Part shown: positions 1 to 12,600 of the stretch, piece after piece
Position numbering within the stretch: position 1 is the stretch's first letter
Layout: every line of letters starts with the position of its first letter
DNA from: Octopus sinensis
Taxonomy: Eukaryota
Assembly (NCBI RefSeq): GCF_006345805.1
Contig: NC_043019.1
Span: forward strand, 23,063,360 to 23,127,359
Length of the DNA: 64,000 bases
Direction: 5' to 3'
Made by a program: the position numbers and the translations under genes
The notes under the pieces: generated by a model
What the model was told of the DNA's origin: nothing
What the model saw: the letters and a program-made list of their open reading frames with translations, nothing else
Database searches by the model: none

Positions 1-19
1 TACAGATATATAGCCAATA

Positions 20-720
20 TTGGTTTCAAATTTTGGCACAAGGTTAGCTAGTTTGTGGGGAGGGGCCAGGTCAATTACATCAACCCCAGTGCTCAACTGG
101 AACTTATTTTATCGACCCTGAAAGGATGAAAAGCAAAGTCGACATTGGCAGGATTTGAACTCAGAATATAAAGACAGAGGAAATGCCACTAAGCATTTGG
201 CCTGGCATGTTAACAATTCTGCCAGCTCACCACCTATATATACCCAATATTTATTTCTTTATTGCCCACAAGGGGCTAAACAAAGAGGGGACAAACAAAT
301 GGATTAAGTTGATTACATCAACCCCAGTGTGTAACTGGTCCTTATTTAATCAACCCCAAAAGGGTAAAAGGCAAAGTCGACCTTAGCAGAATTTGAACTC
401 AGAACATAAAGACAGAGGAAATGCCACATGCATTTAGCCTAGCATGTTAATGATTCTGCCAGCCCGCTGCCTATATTTACCCAATATTTATTTCTTTATT
501 GCCCACAAGGGGCTAAACAAAGAGGGGACAAACAAGGACAGACAAATGGATTAAGTCGATTACATCGATCCCAGTACTCAACTGGTACTTATTTAATTGA
601 CCCCAAAAAGATGAAAGGCAAAGTCGACCTCGGTGGAATTTGAACTCAGAACGTAGTGGCAGACAAAATACTGCAAAAGATTTCGTCCGGCATGCAAATG
701 ATTCTGCCAGCTCGCCACCT
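20..720 (-). mobile_element. Three head-to-tail copies of SINE family A (~240 bp period)
   Basis: Each unit is the reverse complement of the family A sequence seen intact at 42542-42773 (GCTGGCAGAATCGTTAGC...CTGAGTTCAAATTCCGCCGAGGTCGACTTTGCCTTTCATCC...GGGGTCGATGTAATCGAC); units are separated by ACCCAATAT. Confidence 0.9.
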
Positions 721-764
721 TAACCCAATATATATAACTTAATATATACCCAATATTAAGAGCA

Positions 765-985
765 TGTTTAAAGTTGGCAAGCTGGCAGAATTGTTAGCAT
801 GCCAGTAAAAAAATTCTTAGTGGCATTTTGTCAATCTTTATGTTCTAAGTTCAAATTCCACAGAGGTTGACTTTGCCTTTTATGCTTTCAGGGTTGGTAG
901 GACAAGTATCTGTTGAGTACTGGAGTTCATGCAATGAAATTGCCTCCTCCCCCAAAATTTCAGGCCTAGTGTCAAAATTCCAAAC
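765..985 (+). mobile_element. SINE family A copy, opposite orientation to the 20-720 array
   Basis: GCTGGCAGAATTGTTAGC head, AGTTCAAATTCC B-box-like motif, GACTTTGCCTTT central motif. Confidence 0.85.
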
Positions 986-1019
986 CAATATTTTGTAATT
1001 TGATTGTATAAACAAGTGT

Positions 1020-1392
1020 GCAAGTGTGCAAGTGTGGTTTAAAAGCTTGCTTTTCAGCCATGTGGCCGTGGGTTCAGTCTCACTGTGTGGCACCTCAGGC
1101 AAGTGTCTTCTACTATGGCCCCAGGCCAACCAAAGTTTTGTGAGCAGATTTGGTAGATGAAAACTGAAAGAAAGCCATTGTATATATAAATGTGTGTGTG
1201 TGTGAGTGTGTGTGTTTGTCACCACCACCACCACCACCACTTAACAGCCAATGTTAGTTTGTTTATGTTCCTGAGATTTAGAAGCTCAGCAGAGGAGACT
1301 GACAGCCTTCAAAAAAAATTAATAATGGGGTCTGCTTGTTTGACTAAACCCCTAAAGGTAGAACCCCAGGATGCAGTCCAATGACTCAAGTA
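1020..1392 (+). mobile_element. Degenerate SINE family B copy
   Basis: GGTTCAGTCTCACTGTGTGGCACCTCAGGCAAGTGTCTT...GGAAACTGAAAGAAG-like segment, internal (TG)n, degraded tail. Confidence 0.75.
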
Positions 1393-1417
1393 AAAGAAAA
1401 AATATATATAAATGACA

Positions 1418-1930
1418 TACAAAGTGGATTTCAGATGCTTTGAAACTTTTCTAGGAGAGACATTTATTAATTTCAAACAAGTACAAAACTCTAATTTCTT
1501 TCAAAGTAGAATCCTCTGACTTCAATGCAGTTGTAGGGCTCCAGTTACTTCATGAAGGCCTCACTGGAGTCCTTGTAAAGACCTTTGTCACAGCCTCCTT
1601 CAGCTCGAGGAACAACCAAAATTCACAAGGAGCAAGGTCTGGACTGTAAGGAGGGTGAGGGATGGCTTTGATTCCTGTCTCTGTTAAATAGTTGGTTACC
1701 AGGATGGAATTGTGGACTTCTGCATTGTGGACAGGTGCCACCAAACCTGAGTGAAAAAGCTCTGGCTCTTTTGGAAGAGTGCCACAACCAGTGATAAAAC
1801 TTATCAATAGCTTGGATAGGCTAGAAAAAAACTTATAAACTATCACCTGTTGTTAGTGTGATATCATGGAAAACAACACTGATTTCAGACAATGCAAAGA
1901 ATTCTCTGAATGCAGAAGATGTTGAAATCT
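1418..1930 (-). mobile_element. Mariner transposase C-terminal remnant with one end
   Basis: Minus-strand ORF 1550-1846 contains HNAEVH...AIPHPPYSPDLAPCEFWLFLELK (YSPDLAP motif of DD34D mariners); frameshifted CIEVRGFYFE C-terminus follows. Confidence 0.85.
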
Positions 1931-2244
1931 CATGTTGTATTTTTCAGGGTCATTCTACCACTCCTCTTATGTCTAGCTCTGCTACTTCTGTCCAGATTAC
2001 TCAATGAAACACAATATTAGTATAAAATTTATGAGAAAACTACAGGTCATTTCTTTTTACACTTTTGGTTTAACCCTTTCGTTACTGTATTTATTTTGAG
2101 ATGCTCTGTGTTTCTTTCAATTACTTTAAATATAACTAAGTAAAATAACTTAGTTATCATTCAGCTAGAATTAGGAATATAAATTGTGGCTAAGGTTTGG
2201 TGGTATATTTTAATGCAAAACTTATGAAAACAAGACATTTGTAC

Positions 2245-3067
2245 TACAGAGCCAGAGCCGGTTTTGGCCGGGTTGGTAACGAAAGGGTTAAAGTTCTTAG
2301 CAAAAATGACAAGCAACCACAAGGCTTGCTATCAGTTGAAAAACAGTTTAATGATGACATCAGAATGGGATTGGGCCTTCATAAATGCACAAAAGCTATC
2401 TTTTAGAGGCAAACTGTCAAAAACATCCAACATTGAACTTGATCAACAAACTGCTATAAAGGTGTTTGAGCCCAATGAAGGTTATAAGTACTTGGGGGTA
2501 TATGAAGGTGATAGAATCAAAAACTCTACAATGAGGGGAAATATTAGAACTGAATGCTTTCATAGGGTAAGGACAATACTCATGAGAGAGCTAAATGCAA
2601 GAAACAGGATAAAAACAATTAATACTTTAACCATAGCAATCATAACTTATAGATTCACTATAATTAACTGGTCGAGTACTGATATCTGTAAGCTTGGTAA
2701 AAAAATTCAGAAATCATTGACAATGAGTAGAATGCACCTCCCCAGAGCAGATATAGAATGACTCTTCTTACCAAGAAAGAAGGAGGCTGTGGACTTCTAT
2801 AACTTGAATTGTCACAGAAAAATTGCCAGGATTGGTCTAGACTCTCATCTGAAAATCTCTGAGTAGTGGATACTAAAATTTGTTTTAAACCACAAAGACA
2901 TTTAAAAAAAAAAAGTGGCTGTGTGGTAAGTAGCTTGCTAACCAAACACATGGTTCCGGGTTCAGTCCCACTGCGTGGCATCTTGGGCAAGTGTCTTCTG
3001 CTATAGCCCCGGGCCGACCAATGCCTTGTGAGTGGATTTGGTAGACGGAAACTGAAAGAAGCCTGTC

Positions 3068-3107
<40 letters not shown>

Positions 3108-4425
3108 TTGTCCCCCTAGCATTGCTTGACAACCGATGCTGGTGTGTTTATGTCCCCGTCACTTAGCGGTTCGGCAAAAGAGACCGATAGAATAAGTACT
3201 GGGCTTACAAAGAATAAGTGCTGTGGTCAAGTTGCTCGATTAAAGGCGGTGCTCCAGCATGGCCGCAGTCAAATGACTGAAACAAGTAAAAGAGTAAAGA
3301 GTATTCAATAACAAAAGAAGCAAGAAAATATTTAAAAGAATTCCAAATACAAGAAATCCCAGAATTAGATTAACTAAGAATAGGCACAGATAAAGCTAAA
3401 CACATGAAAACCATTACTGAAAATGCTTCCTAAAGTAATCTTATCAGCAAATAGCAGGAAATACCATTTCATGGTAAAATAACCAGAAAGAGGCTAACAA
3501 TGCTGATATTGACAAAACTCCTAGCCATCAGTGGTTAGTGTTCTCTGCCAGAAAATCAGAGGCAAAGGTTTATCATAGCAGCCCAGGATCAATGTCTACC
3601 TACAAGAAGCTATCAGGCCAACATCTTAAAGAATAGCAGCCGCCAAATATGTTCAGTGTGTAAAAATCAGCCTAAAACTGTCAATCACGTTGTCTCCATG
3701 TGTAGCTTTTCTTACACACTCAAATTATCTCAACAGGTATGAGAGAGCTGCAATAATTTGCAATGGCCTGGACCTTCTCCATCATAGAAACTGGTGGGAA
3801 AACAAACCACCTCCGGTGCTTGAAAAAGATTATATTTCATCCTATGGAACTGTTCTGTTCAAACTGACAGAAAGATAGACACAAATAGACCAGATACTAT
3901 ATTGAAGGACTTCAGATGAAAATCCTGCCTATTCAACAATATGACAGTCCCACCTGATATAAACATATCTGTGAAGACCTATCAAAAGTTGAGCAAGTCC
4001 AAAGATCTTGAAATAGAAAATGACAAAATGTGAAAACTCAAGACTAGAACAACATCCACAGTTGTAGGTGCCCTAGGAATAGTAACAAAAGGGGCTGATT
4101 ATTATCTATCTCAAATCCCAGGGAATCCTAAAGTGGAAGAAATTCAGAAAATAGTACTCGTGGAACAGTTTATATTCTACATAAAGTATTGTCTACAGTA
4201 CTCCAAAACAATCTTTTCCCATATATTATCAAAAGTATGTTTTCTAAAATAATATCTACAAACCCAGTGTACACAAAACAAAAAAAGCCTCACCAAACAA
4301 CATTTTTCTGCCAAAACGTGGCAGTTATTACTCATCCTAGCCACAATGTTCACTTGAACTTATGATTTGCTGTCTCTTGAGGTCTCTGGGTAAGACTTGG
4401 ACTCAGCTCATACAAACACAAAGCA
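2245..4425 (+). mobile_element. 5'-truncated R4/Dong-clade non-LTR retrotransposon (RT thumb, CCHC, restriction-like endonuclease), interrupted by a SINE at 2914-3304
   Basis: DDIRMGLGLHKC, YKYLGVYEG, ELNARNRIKTIN, RADIE*LFLPRK(E)GG; after the SINE, AAQDQCLPTR, CSVCKNQPKTVNHVVSMC (CCHC), LEIE..VVGALG and IQKIVL. Many stops and frameshifts. Confidence 0.88.
2914..3304 (+). mobile_element. SINE family B (tRNA-like head, CORE-like segment, internal microsatellite), full length
   Basis: GTGGCTGTGTGGTAAG head, GGTTCAGTCCC B-box-like motif, CATCTTGGGCAAGTGTCTT CORE-like motif, internal (TA)n, (GTAAAAGA)n tail. Confidence 0.92.
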
Positions 4426-4765
4426 AAATCCCAGCAGGTGACAACGTTTCTCTACAAGAAATGGAGAAACTTTACAAAGAGTTGGAAATAGAGGTAATTC
4501 GAATGTGGAGTCTAAAGACAGAAACAATTCCTATCATAGTAGGTGCATTAGGCATGATAAAAAAAATATTCAGACAAATACATAACAAAAACACCAGAAC
4601 TTACAAATATATATAACATACAGAAAACTGCACTACTGGGCACCACACACATTCAATATAGTAACCATAAGAGCATCACAGCAAACCACAGCACATACCC
4701 ACGGCACACAGAGCTGTGCTTGGTGGCGAAGTGAAAGCACACTATAAAAATAAAACTTACTGAAT
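4426..4765 (+). mobile_element. Second, different R4/Dong-like 3' end running into an (AAT)/(GAT) microsatellite
   Basis: IPAGDNVSLQEMEKLYKELEIEVIRMWSLKTETIPIIVGALGMIKK and QKTALLG; 3' UTR ends ...AAAACTTACTGAATAATAATAAT. Confidence 0.82.
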
Positions 4766-4772
4766 AATAATA

Positions 4773-4854
<82 letters not shown>

Positions 4855-5058
4855 TATTATTATTATTATTATTATTTCAGTGAAGTGGGTAAGTCAATTA
4901 CATCGACCCCAGCACTCAACTGGTATATATTTTATCAACCCAGAAAGAATGAATGGCAAAGCCAACCTTAGCAGAATTTGAACACAGTATGTAAAGACAG
5001 ATAATGCAGCTTAGCATTTAGCCCAGTTAGCTAACAATTCTGCCAGTTTGCTACCTTC

Positions 5059-5092
<34 letters not shown>

Positions 5093-5370
5093 TAATAATA
5101 ATAATAATAATCCTTTCTACTAAAGGCACAAGGCCTGAAACTTTGTGGGGATGATATTTGTCGATTACATCGACCCCAGTGTTCAACTGGTACTTTTATT
5201 TTTCGGCCTCGATAGGATGAAAGGCAAAGTTGACCTCGGCAGAATTTGAACACAGAACATAAAGAAAGGCAAAATACTGCCAAGCAATTTGCCTGCCGTG
5301 CTAACAATTCCACCAGCTCACTGCCTTAATAATAATAATAATAATAATAATAATATAATAATAATAATAA

Positions 5371-5418
<48 letters not shown>

Positions 5419-5420
5419 TT
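4765..5420. repeat. (GAT)n/(ATT)n/(AAT)n arrays interleaved with two minus-strand SINE A copies (~4880-5055, ~5125-5328)
   Basis: Direct reading; family A motifs GATTACATCGACCCCAGT and GGCAAAGTTGACCTCGGCAGAATTTGAAC. Confidence 0.85.
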
Positions 5421-6439
5421 CTCACCAGTGGCACATATCAATGCATTTGTAAGGAGAACTAAAAATCAATAAAATCAATTCCAGTATTTCATTAGTATTT
5501 TGTATTTTGCCCCCACCCTAATCCTTTTCCTCCACCCACAACAACAAAAACAAAAATCATTCAAGCAAGATTTTATAATTTCTCAGATTTACTCAAACTC
5601 ACTAATTAGTTGTGGGGGATGGGGTTTAATTAATATAACTGGACACTTATTAAAATAAAATGCAATTTAGCTCAGCTCATAAGTGTGAAATTAGTTTCGG
5701 CATTTGTGGTAGTTTGATAATTATTAAAATTCTTCTTGCAATCATTTTTTGCAGCTGGAAAGCGGACATTAAAAAGTGATGATGATGATGATGTGTCATG
5801 CTTGATGCAGAGGCATCCCTAAATTGCAAATGTGTTGCTTTCCTGAAAACTCTCGTCGTAACATAGAACTGCATTTACGTTGGACACTAAACTCTGCTTG
5901 CGAAGACCTGTTGAGGCAAGTGAAATCAAAATCAAATTTGATGACTGGCATCCGTGCAAGCTGGGTACAAAGAGCACCATATGAGTGTGATCGTTGACAG
6001 AGTGGCTAACCGGTTTCCGTGCCAGTGGCACATAAAAGGCACCATTCGAGTGTGATCGTTACCTGCGTCGCCTTACTGGTTATTGACGATTTAAGTCGAT
6101 TTTCAGCATATTTGGCATTAGAATTTTTTTCTTTTGCCCTTGTTTGTAAGTTGTTTATAAACTTAACCTTTAAAAGTATTTTTTAATATGCTGGCCATTG
6201 ATAGAATTTTTTTCGAAAAATTTTATCCTATATTAGATGTAAATTTGTATATATATATATATTAGGTGGGGCATGGGGAAATCATTACCTTGCCTGAAGA
6301 TAACTGGGGGTTGACAACAATAGGGGCCTCTGGCCATATGAAACTTTGCCCCAACGTACTCTCAAGTGACCCATCAAGCATAGAAAGGAAGCCATTAAAA
6401 GAATGATTAGATAGTGTGACACAGTTTTTGTCCTTGGAT

Positions 6440-6722
6440 AGCAACTGTTATTTCCAATTTGCTTATCGCTAGAAAGTATACAAAATGGCTAATATTTCCT
6501 TCAACCCCAAAGAATCCCTCTCAACACATGGTTATGATGCTTCCTCACTACTTTTTCTCATCATCAGAGATGCACATATTGTCAGCCACTAAGGGACATG
6601 CTTAAGTGGTTATGGTCATGCAAGTGACATGTAAATCTTTGGTATTGAACAGAATATTTGCTATACTGATATTTCTGCTTTAGTAGCTCAGCACTGAATC
6701 TGTCTGAAATGTAATGGAAAAT
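6440..6722 (-). mobile_element. Repeat family F copy (sister copy at 56775-57455)
   Basis: Alignable by eye with 56775-56940 plus 57313-57455 (TTTGCTTA...AGAAAGTAT...ATATTTCCTTCAA...CCAAAGAATCCCTCTCAA...CAGCCACTAAGGGACATG...CAGCACTGAATCTGTC). Confidence 0.8.
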
Positions 6723-7511
6723 AGGTCAGTTTCAAAACATTGGTGTTCAGGTCACAAAAGTAAAGTTTGAAGGGAATAGTAGCTATTTCCTTCAATTTCT
6801 AGACAGAAGCAAAGAGGAAATAATACTTACTGACCAAGGACAAAAATATATAAAATTTGTTTTTTTACACCTAACTCTGTTAATTTATTAAAATATTGAT
6901 TTCTGTCAATAACATGGTGAGTGTGGGGAGATCATTACCTTGCATGGAGACAAGTGGGGGTTGACAACAGTAAGGACATCTAACCATATGAAACTTTGCC
7001 CTGACATACTCTCAAGGGATCCGTCAAACATAGAAAGGTAGGCATCAAAACAATATTATGTTAACTTATTGGAACTGTTAGAGTACTGATACCTATTACT
7101 TATATTGCTTATTATGTTTCTTTATATTTAACTCTGTTAATCTATTAAGATATTGATCTGTGTCAATAAATATTCTTCTCCAATATTTTCCTTCCTTTGT
7201 TTGTGTTCTGCTTTCTCTCTACTTCATTCCTCAATATTTTTATTCCGTTCTTTGATCTCATTCTCTTATCTCAGTGATTTTGTATTTATTTTATTTTGTT
7301 TTGTTTTTTTTTTATTTGTATCATGACATTAATGGTTTTTTATTAATTCCCCCGTTATTCTGTGGCTGCTTCGCTACAGTTTTCTTATCTAAATTTAATG
7401 CAAATTTCCCAAATGAATTTCTGCACTGCATAAAACTTTTCAAACTGTTTGTTCTGTATTAATATAGTCGATGTTTTTGTCAACCCTTGGTGATTAATAA
7501 AGAAAATAATA

Positions 7512-7542
<31 letters not shown>

Positions 7543-7571
7543 AAATAATAATAATAATATAATAATAATAA

Positions 7572-7631
<60 letters not shown>

Positions 7632-7633
<2 letters not shown>

Positions 7634-8172
7634 GCCCTGATGCAGTACCAGGCAGTGGCTCTCATGGCTTCTGATCTTAACTGATTGGAAGTGTCATCAT
7701 GTACTTGTTTTGTCTTGGTATAAAAGATGGGCTACAGCAAATATTCTGCTCAATACCCCAGATTTGCTTGTCAGTTGTTTGACCTTAACCAGTTGAGCAT
7801 GTCCCTTAGTGGCTGACGATATGTGCATCTCTGATCACGAGCAGAAGTAGTGGGGGAGCATCATAGCCATGTGTTGAGAGGGAGTCTTTGGGGTTTGAAT
7901 AGTTCACCTCTGGAAACATGGGTGGTTCTTTCAACATCCTTAAACAACCCTTATTCAGGGACCGTTTGAGCGGGATGAGCTACTCAACCTGAAGAAAATT
8001 CTAACTGGGCCCCACCTGCAAGGTCATGTGCTGTTTATCTTGATATGAGATCACCATGTCGCGCACATATGGTTGTGATGCATGTGCCTGGTGTACCTTT
8101 ATCAGACAGGTAGTCATGATGGGTATATTGGGCTTCGTATATTTTACCCCAGTGTCACTTTGATGGCATGAA
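7632..8172 (+). mobile_element. ~540-bp non-coding repeat family E, flanked on both sides by (AAT)n
   Basis: (AAT)n at 7505-7631 and from ~8172; a partial copy of the same sequence lies on the minus strand at 23443-23580; central module shared with family F. Confidence 0.75.
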
Positions 8173-8267
8173 CTGCTCTCTCACTCAATGATAATAATAA
8201 TAATAACAGGAACAACAACAACAACAATAATAATAATAATAGATACAAGGCATGAGTTTTGGGGAGG

Positions 8268-8500
8268 CTGCTGCCAGCCTCCCCTGGCACCTGCGCCAGT
8301 GGCATGTAAAAAGCACCCACTACACTCACAGAGTGATTGGCATTAGGAAGGGCATCCAGCTGTAGAAACACTGCCAGATCAGACTGGAGCCTGGCGCAGC
8401 CTCCTGGCTTCCCAGACCCCAGTCGAACCGTCCAACCCGTGCTAGCATGAAAAACGGATGTTAAACGATTATGTTGATGATGATGATGATGATGATGATG
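8268..8500 (+). mobile_element. SINE family C 3' part
   Basis: GGCACCTG.GCCAGTGGCA.GTAAAAAGCACCCACTACACTC...AGGAAGGGCATCCAGCTGTAGAAAC...CGGA.GTTAAAC followed by (GAT)n; same as 38445-38763. Confidence 0.85.
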
Positions 8501-8786
8501 AAAGAGGACAACAAACGTTAAAGCAAGGCAAACATCTCAAGTCATATACAATATCATTATTGGAAAGAAAATTTTTCCAATAATAATAATGTATATGACG
8601 TGAGATGTTTGCCTTGCCTTAACGTTTGTTGTCCTCATTAGCAATTATATATCCGTTGCATTAGAAATCTGCAATGGCTCCATAACTACCCTCTCAGCTA
8701 TAAACTTGGAGCCCTTGTAATCTGTTACAGCACTTACCTAGCATACCTAATCATTTAGATCACCTGTGAACTAAACCCCCATACTT

Positions 8787-8820
<34 letters not shown>

Positions 8821-9318
8821 CTCACACACATATACGCATATATACAATGGGCTTCTTTCAGTTTCCGTCTACAAAATTCACTCACAAGGCTTTGGTCGGC
8901 CCAAGGCTATAGTAGAAAACTCCTGCCCAAGGTGGCATGCAGTGGGACTGAACCCCAAGCTGTGTGGTTGGGAAGTAAGCTTCTTATCTCACGCCTGTGC
9001 CTATGTGCATGTAGTAGTAGTAGTTGTTGTTGTTGTCGTCGTCATTGTTGCTGTTGTTGCACTTCCTCTGTTCTATTGATATGATCAATGGTGTCTTGTT
9101 GCAACATCTACCAACATGAAAGTTTCATTTACATATCTCTGGTTTTGCATACTGTGAAATGTGGGTGTGCATATACATCCACAGAATCATATCTTACATC
9201 ATCATCATCATCATTTAATGCCTGCTGCTGCTACTGATGATATAAAATATGATTCTGCTTTGTGTATGTGTGTGTATTTGTTATATATAATTATGTGCAT
9301 GTGTGAGTGTGTAATCAT

Positions 9319-9732
9319 ATACTCTTTTACTCTTTTACTTGTTTCAGTCATTTGACTGCGGCCATGCTGGAGCACCGCCTTTAGTCGAGCAAATCGACCC
9401 TGGGACTTATTCTTTGTAAGCCCAGTACTTATTCTATCGGTCTCTTTTGCCGAACCGCTAAGTGACGGGGACGTAAACACACCAGCATCGGTTGTCAAGC
9501 AATGCTAGGGGGACAAACACACACTCACAAACATACACACACATACAAACATATATATATAAATACATATATACGACAGGCTTCTTTCAGTTTCCGTCTA
9601 CCAAATCCACTCACAAGGCATTGGTCGGCCCGAGGCTATAGCAGAAGACACTTGCCCAAGATGCCACGCAGTGGGACTGAACCCGGAACCATGTGGTTGG
9701 TTAGCAAGCTACTTACCACACAGCCACTCCTG
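9319..9732 (-). mobile_element. SINE family B, full length
   Basis: Reverse complement of the 2914-3304 copy, with internal (CA)/(TA) microsatellite. Confidence 0.92.
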
Positions 9733-10634
9733 CTATATATATAATTTTCTTCTGTATAATTATATATATCTAATTGCACACATATACACATATCTTTACA
9801 CACAAATAAACACGCACACACATTTTTTTTAAAATTTCATCTAGTTTCAGCTCACAAGCTGTGGCCATGCTGGGGCACTGCCATTTAAAAGGAAAGCCAG
9901 AAGCCGGCAGGATTTGAACTCCCAACTAAAGGATCTGGAACTACAACATATGGCTTCGCACATGATCCGGTTATTTACCCTAACCGCCACCGTCGCAGCC
10001 ATATATGTACACACATACACACATATACTTACATCCATATATAAAAACCTACTTATGTTGGCAGAGTCATTAGAATGTCAGACAGAATACTTCATGGTAT
10101 TCATTCCAAATCTACGTTCTGAGTTCAAATCTCACCAGGGCCTACTTGGGTGGTAGACTTGAAACCATTATGTGGTTTCACACCACCACCTATCACCATT
10201 AACCCTTTTGATATCAACCGAGCCAAGACCACCTCTAGTTCTATGGCACAAACTTTGTTTTAAAGTAATGTAAAGTAAACAAAAAACCTCCTTCAGAATT
10301 CTATGTTAGTTTTATGCTCTAAACACCAGCTTAATGATAACAAAACTATTTAACTAAATTAACCTACGATCTAACCACAAAGGAAAAGAATGTTCTCTAG
10401 AAAAATTCAGCAAACACCAGAACATAAGTGGGTAAGACATATGAAAATATACAAAATAAAGAATTAATCGTAGGTGATCTATTTCTAGCATATTGGATGT
10501 CCACTTAGTGGTCATCCCTTCTTATATGCATGTAATAAAATTTTTCTGAATTTTCAGATTTTTCTATATGCTAGGCCTCTGGTTTTAAATTGATGTTAAT
10601 TAAATTAATATTCAATTTGAGGATTTAAAAAAGA

Positions 10635-11260
10635 AGACCCGGCAAGCCAAGTGAGGTCGTAGTCATGACTGATACCAGTGACCCATTATAAGTGACCCGT
10701 TTAAAAGCACCTTTCAATCGTTGGATGATATACCATGCTTGTGAAGATCTGTTGAACCAAGTGAAATCATAGTCATGGCTGATGCCAGTGGCACCCATGC
10801 TGATAGCACATAAAATGCATCATTTGAGTGTGGCCAATGCCAGTGCCACCTGACTGGGGCATAAAAAGCATCTTTCAAGTGTGGCCGATGCCAGTGCTGC
10901 CTGACTGGCACCCATGCCAGTAGCATGTAGAAAGCACCATTGGAGTGTAGGCAATGTCAGTGCCACCTGACTGGCACCTGACTGGCACCCATGCCAGTGG
11001 CACATAAAAAGCACCATTTGTACATAGCTGATGCTTGTGCTGCTTGACTGGCTCCCATGCTGGTGGCATGTAAAAAGCAACCATTACACTCTCAGAGGGG
11101 AAGGTATTAGGAAGGGCGTCCAGCTGTAGAAACCTTACCAAATCAGATTGTAGCCTGGTACAGCCTCCCAGCTTGCCAGTTCTCAGTCAAACTGTTCAAC
11201 CCATGCCAGCATGGAAAGCGGATGTTAAACAACGACAATGACAATGATAATGATGATGTT
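10635..11260 (+). mobile_element. SINE family C with a tandemly expanded internal module
   Basis: About 5-6 imperfect 50-80 bp units (GCCAGTGC..CCTGACTGGCACCCATGCCAGT.GCA..TAAAAAGCACC) precede the standard family C tail. Confidence 0.8.
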
Positions 11261-12129
11261 ATATACACACACATATAAAGAAAATGAAATGAAAAAGCAA
11301 AAAAGAAAACCGAGTATTTTATGAACTTCATCAGTTTACAGTTGTTTCTGCTATAAGATCCAGTGCACTCATAGTTGAGTGCCTGAGTAACACCTTATAG
11401 CTTCATCAGAGCCTTGAATATAAAGCACAATTTATTTGGGAAAAGAATTACATTTATTCATATATATAGGGAGAATTATTATCAATGAGTAAGTCAACAC
11501 AGATGTTGATAAAGAAGTGTAGATCCATGTTTAAATACACGCACACACCAATGTACATGTATATATGTGTGTGTGTTGTGTGTGTGTGTGTGTTTATGAG
11601 TGTGCACACATGTTATGTGCATGTACAGATGTGGAATGAAGAAAGATTGCCACATCAAAGACAAAAGAATATATATGGCAGCACTAAGTTCCATGCAAGA
11701 TATCTCCCTTTACTCCAAGGTGAATATGCTCTTTCATCCATTACAAGATAAAAATAAGTACCAAAATATTGGGTGGGGTTAACATGACTAACTAAAACCC
11801 TTGACAATGGTGCTCCAGCTCGGACTGAAAACCCATAAATGAATAAACGAATATTTATCATTTTATCCTTTGTTTTCTTTATTCTTTTCTTCCTCTTCCA
11901 AACCAGACACAAAATTAATATGATTACAGTATTTGTCTCAAATAATGGCCGATGTACATGATATAAGAGACAAATGTTTTTTATTTTTTTTTTCCTGTTT
12001 AACCATTTGTTGCCAGAACTATGTTCCAATTCTCTTTGGTTTTTGCTGGTGGGGGAAAAAGAGTTGTGTAATAAAATATTCCCCCCCCAACCATTGTAGA
12101 CTGCAAGTGATGTATACATTTATAATATT

Positions 12130-12206
12130 TTTTTGTAATATATATATATAAATAGATAGCTAGATAGATAAATAGATATGTATATCCATATATATATATT
12201 TATATT

Positions 12207-12255
<49 letters not shown>

Positions 12256-12357
12256 AGATAGGGGTTGAAAATTCAACCCACCATGGGATAACATATATCC
12301 AATATACTGCTAGATAGGTACCATTATATATATTGTATTATATATATATATATATAC

Positions 12358-12406
<49 letters not shown>

Positions 12407-12432
12407 TATATATATATATATACATATTTATA

Positions 12433-12483
<51 letters not shown>

Positions 12484-12544
12484 TTATATGCATGTGTATG
12501 TATGTATATATATATATACATAGACATATATATATATATATGTC

Positions 12545-12595
<51 letters not shown>

Positions 12596-12600
12596 TCATT
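12130..12600. repeat. (TA)n-rich array with a 75-bp unique island at ~12251-12325
   Basis: Direct reading; the island contains the palindrome GGGTTGAA-aa-TTCAACCC at 12262-12279. Confidence 0.85.

Noticed and set aside
11628-11719. Exon ending at AAG|GTGAAT
   Set aside because: Good donor but no polypyrimidine acceptor and no recognisable peptide.
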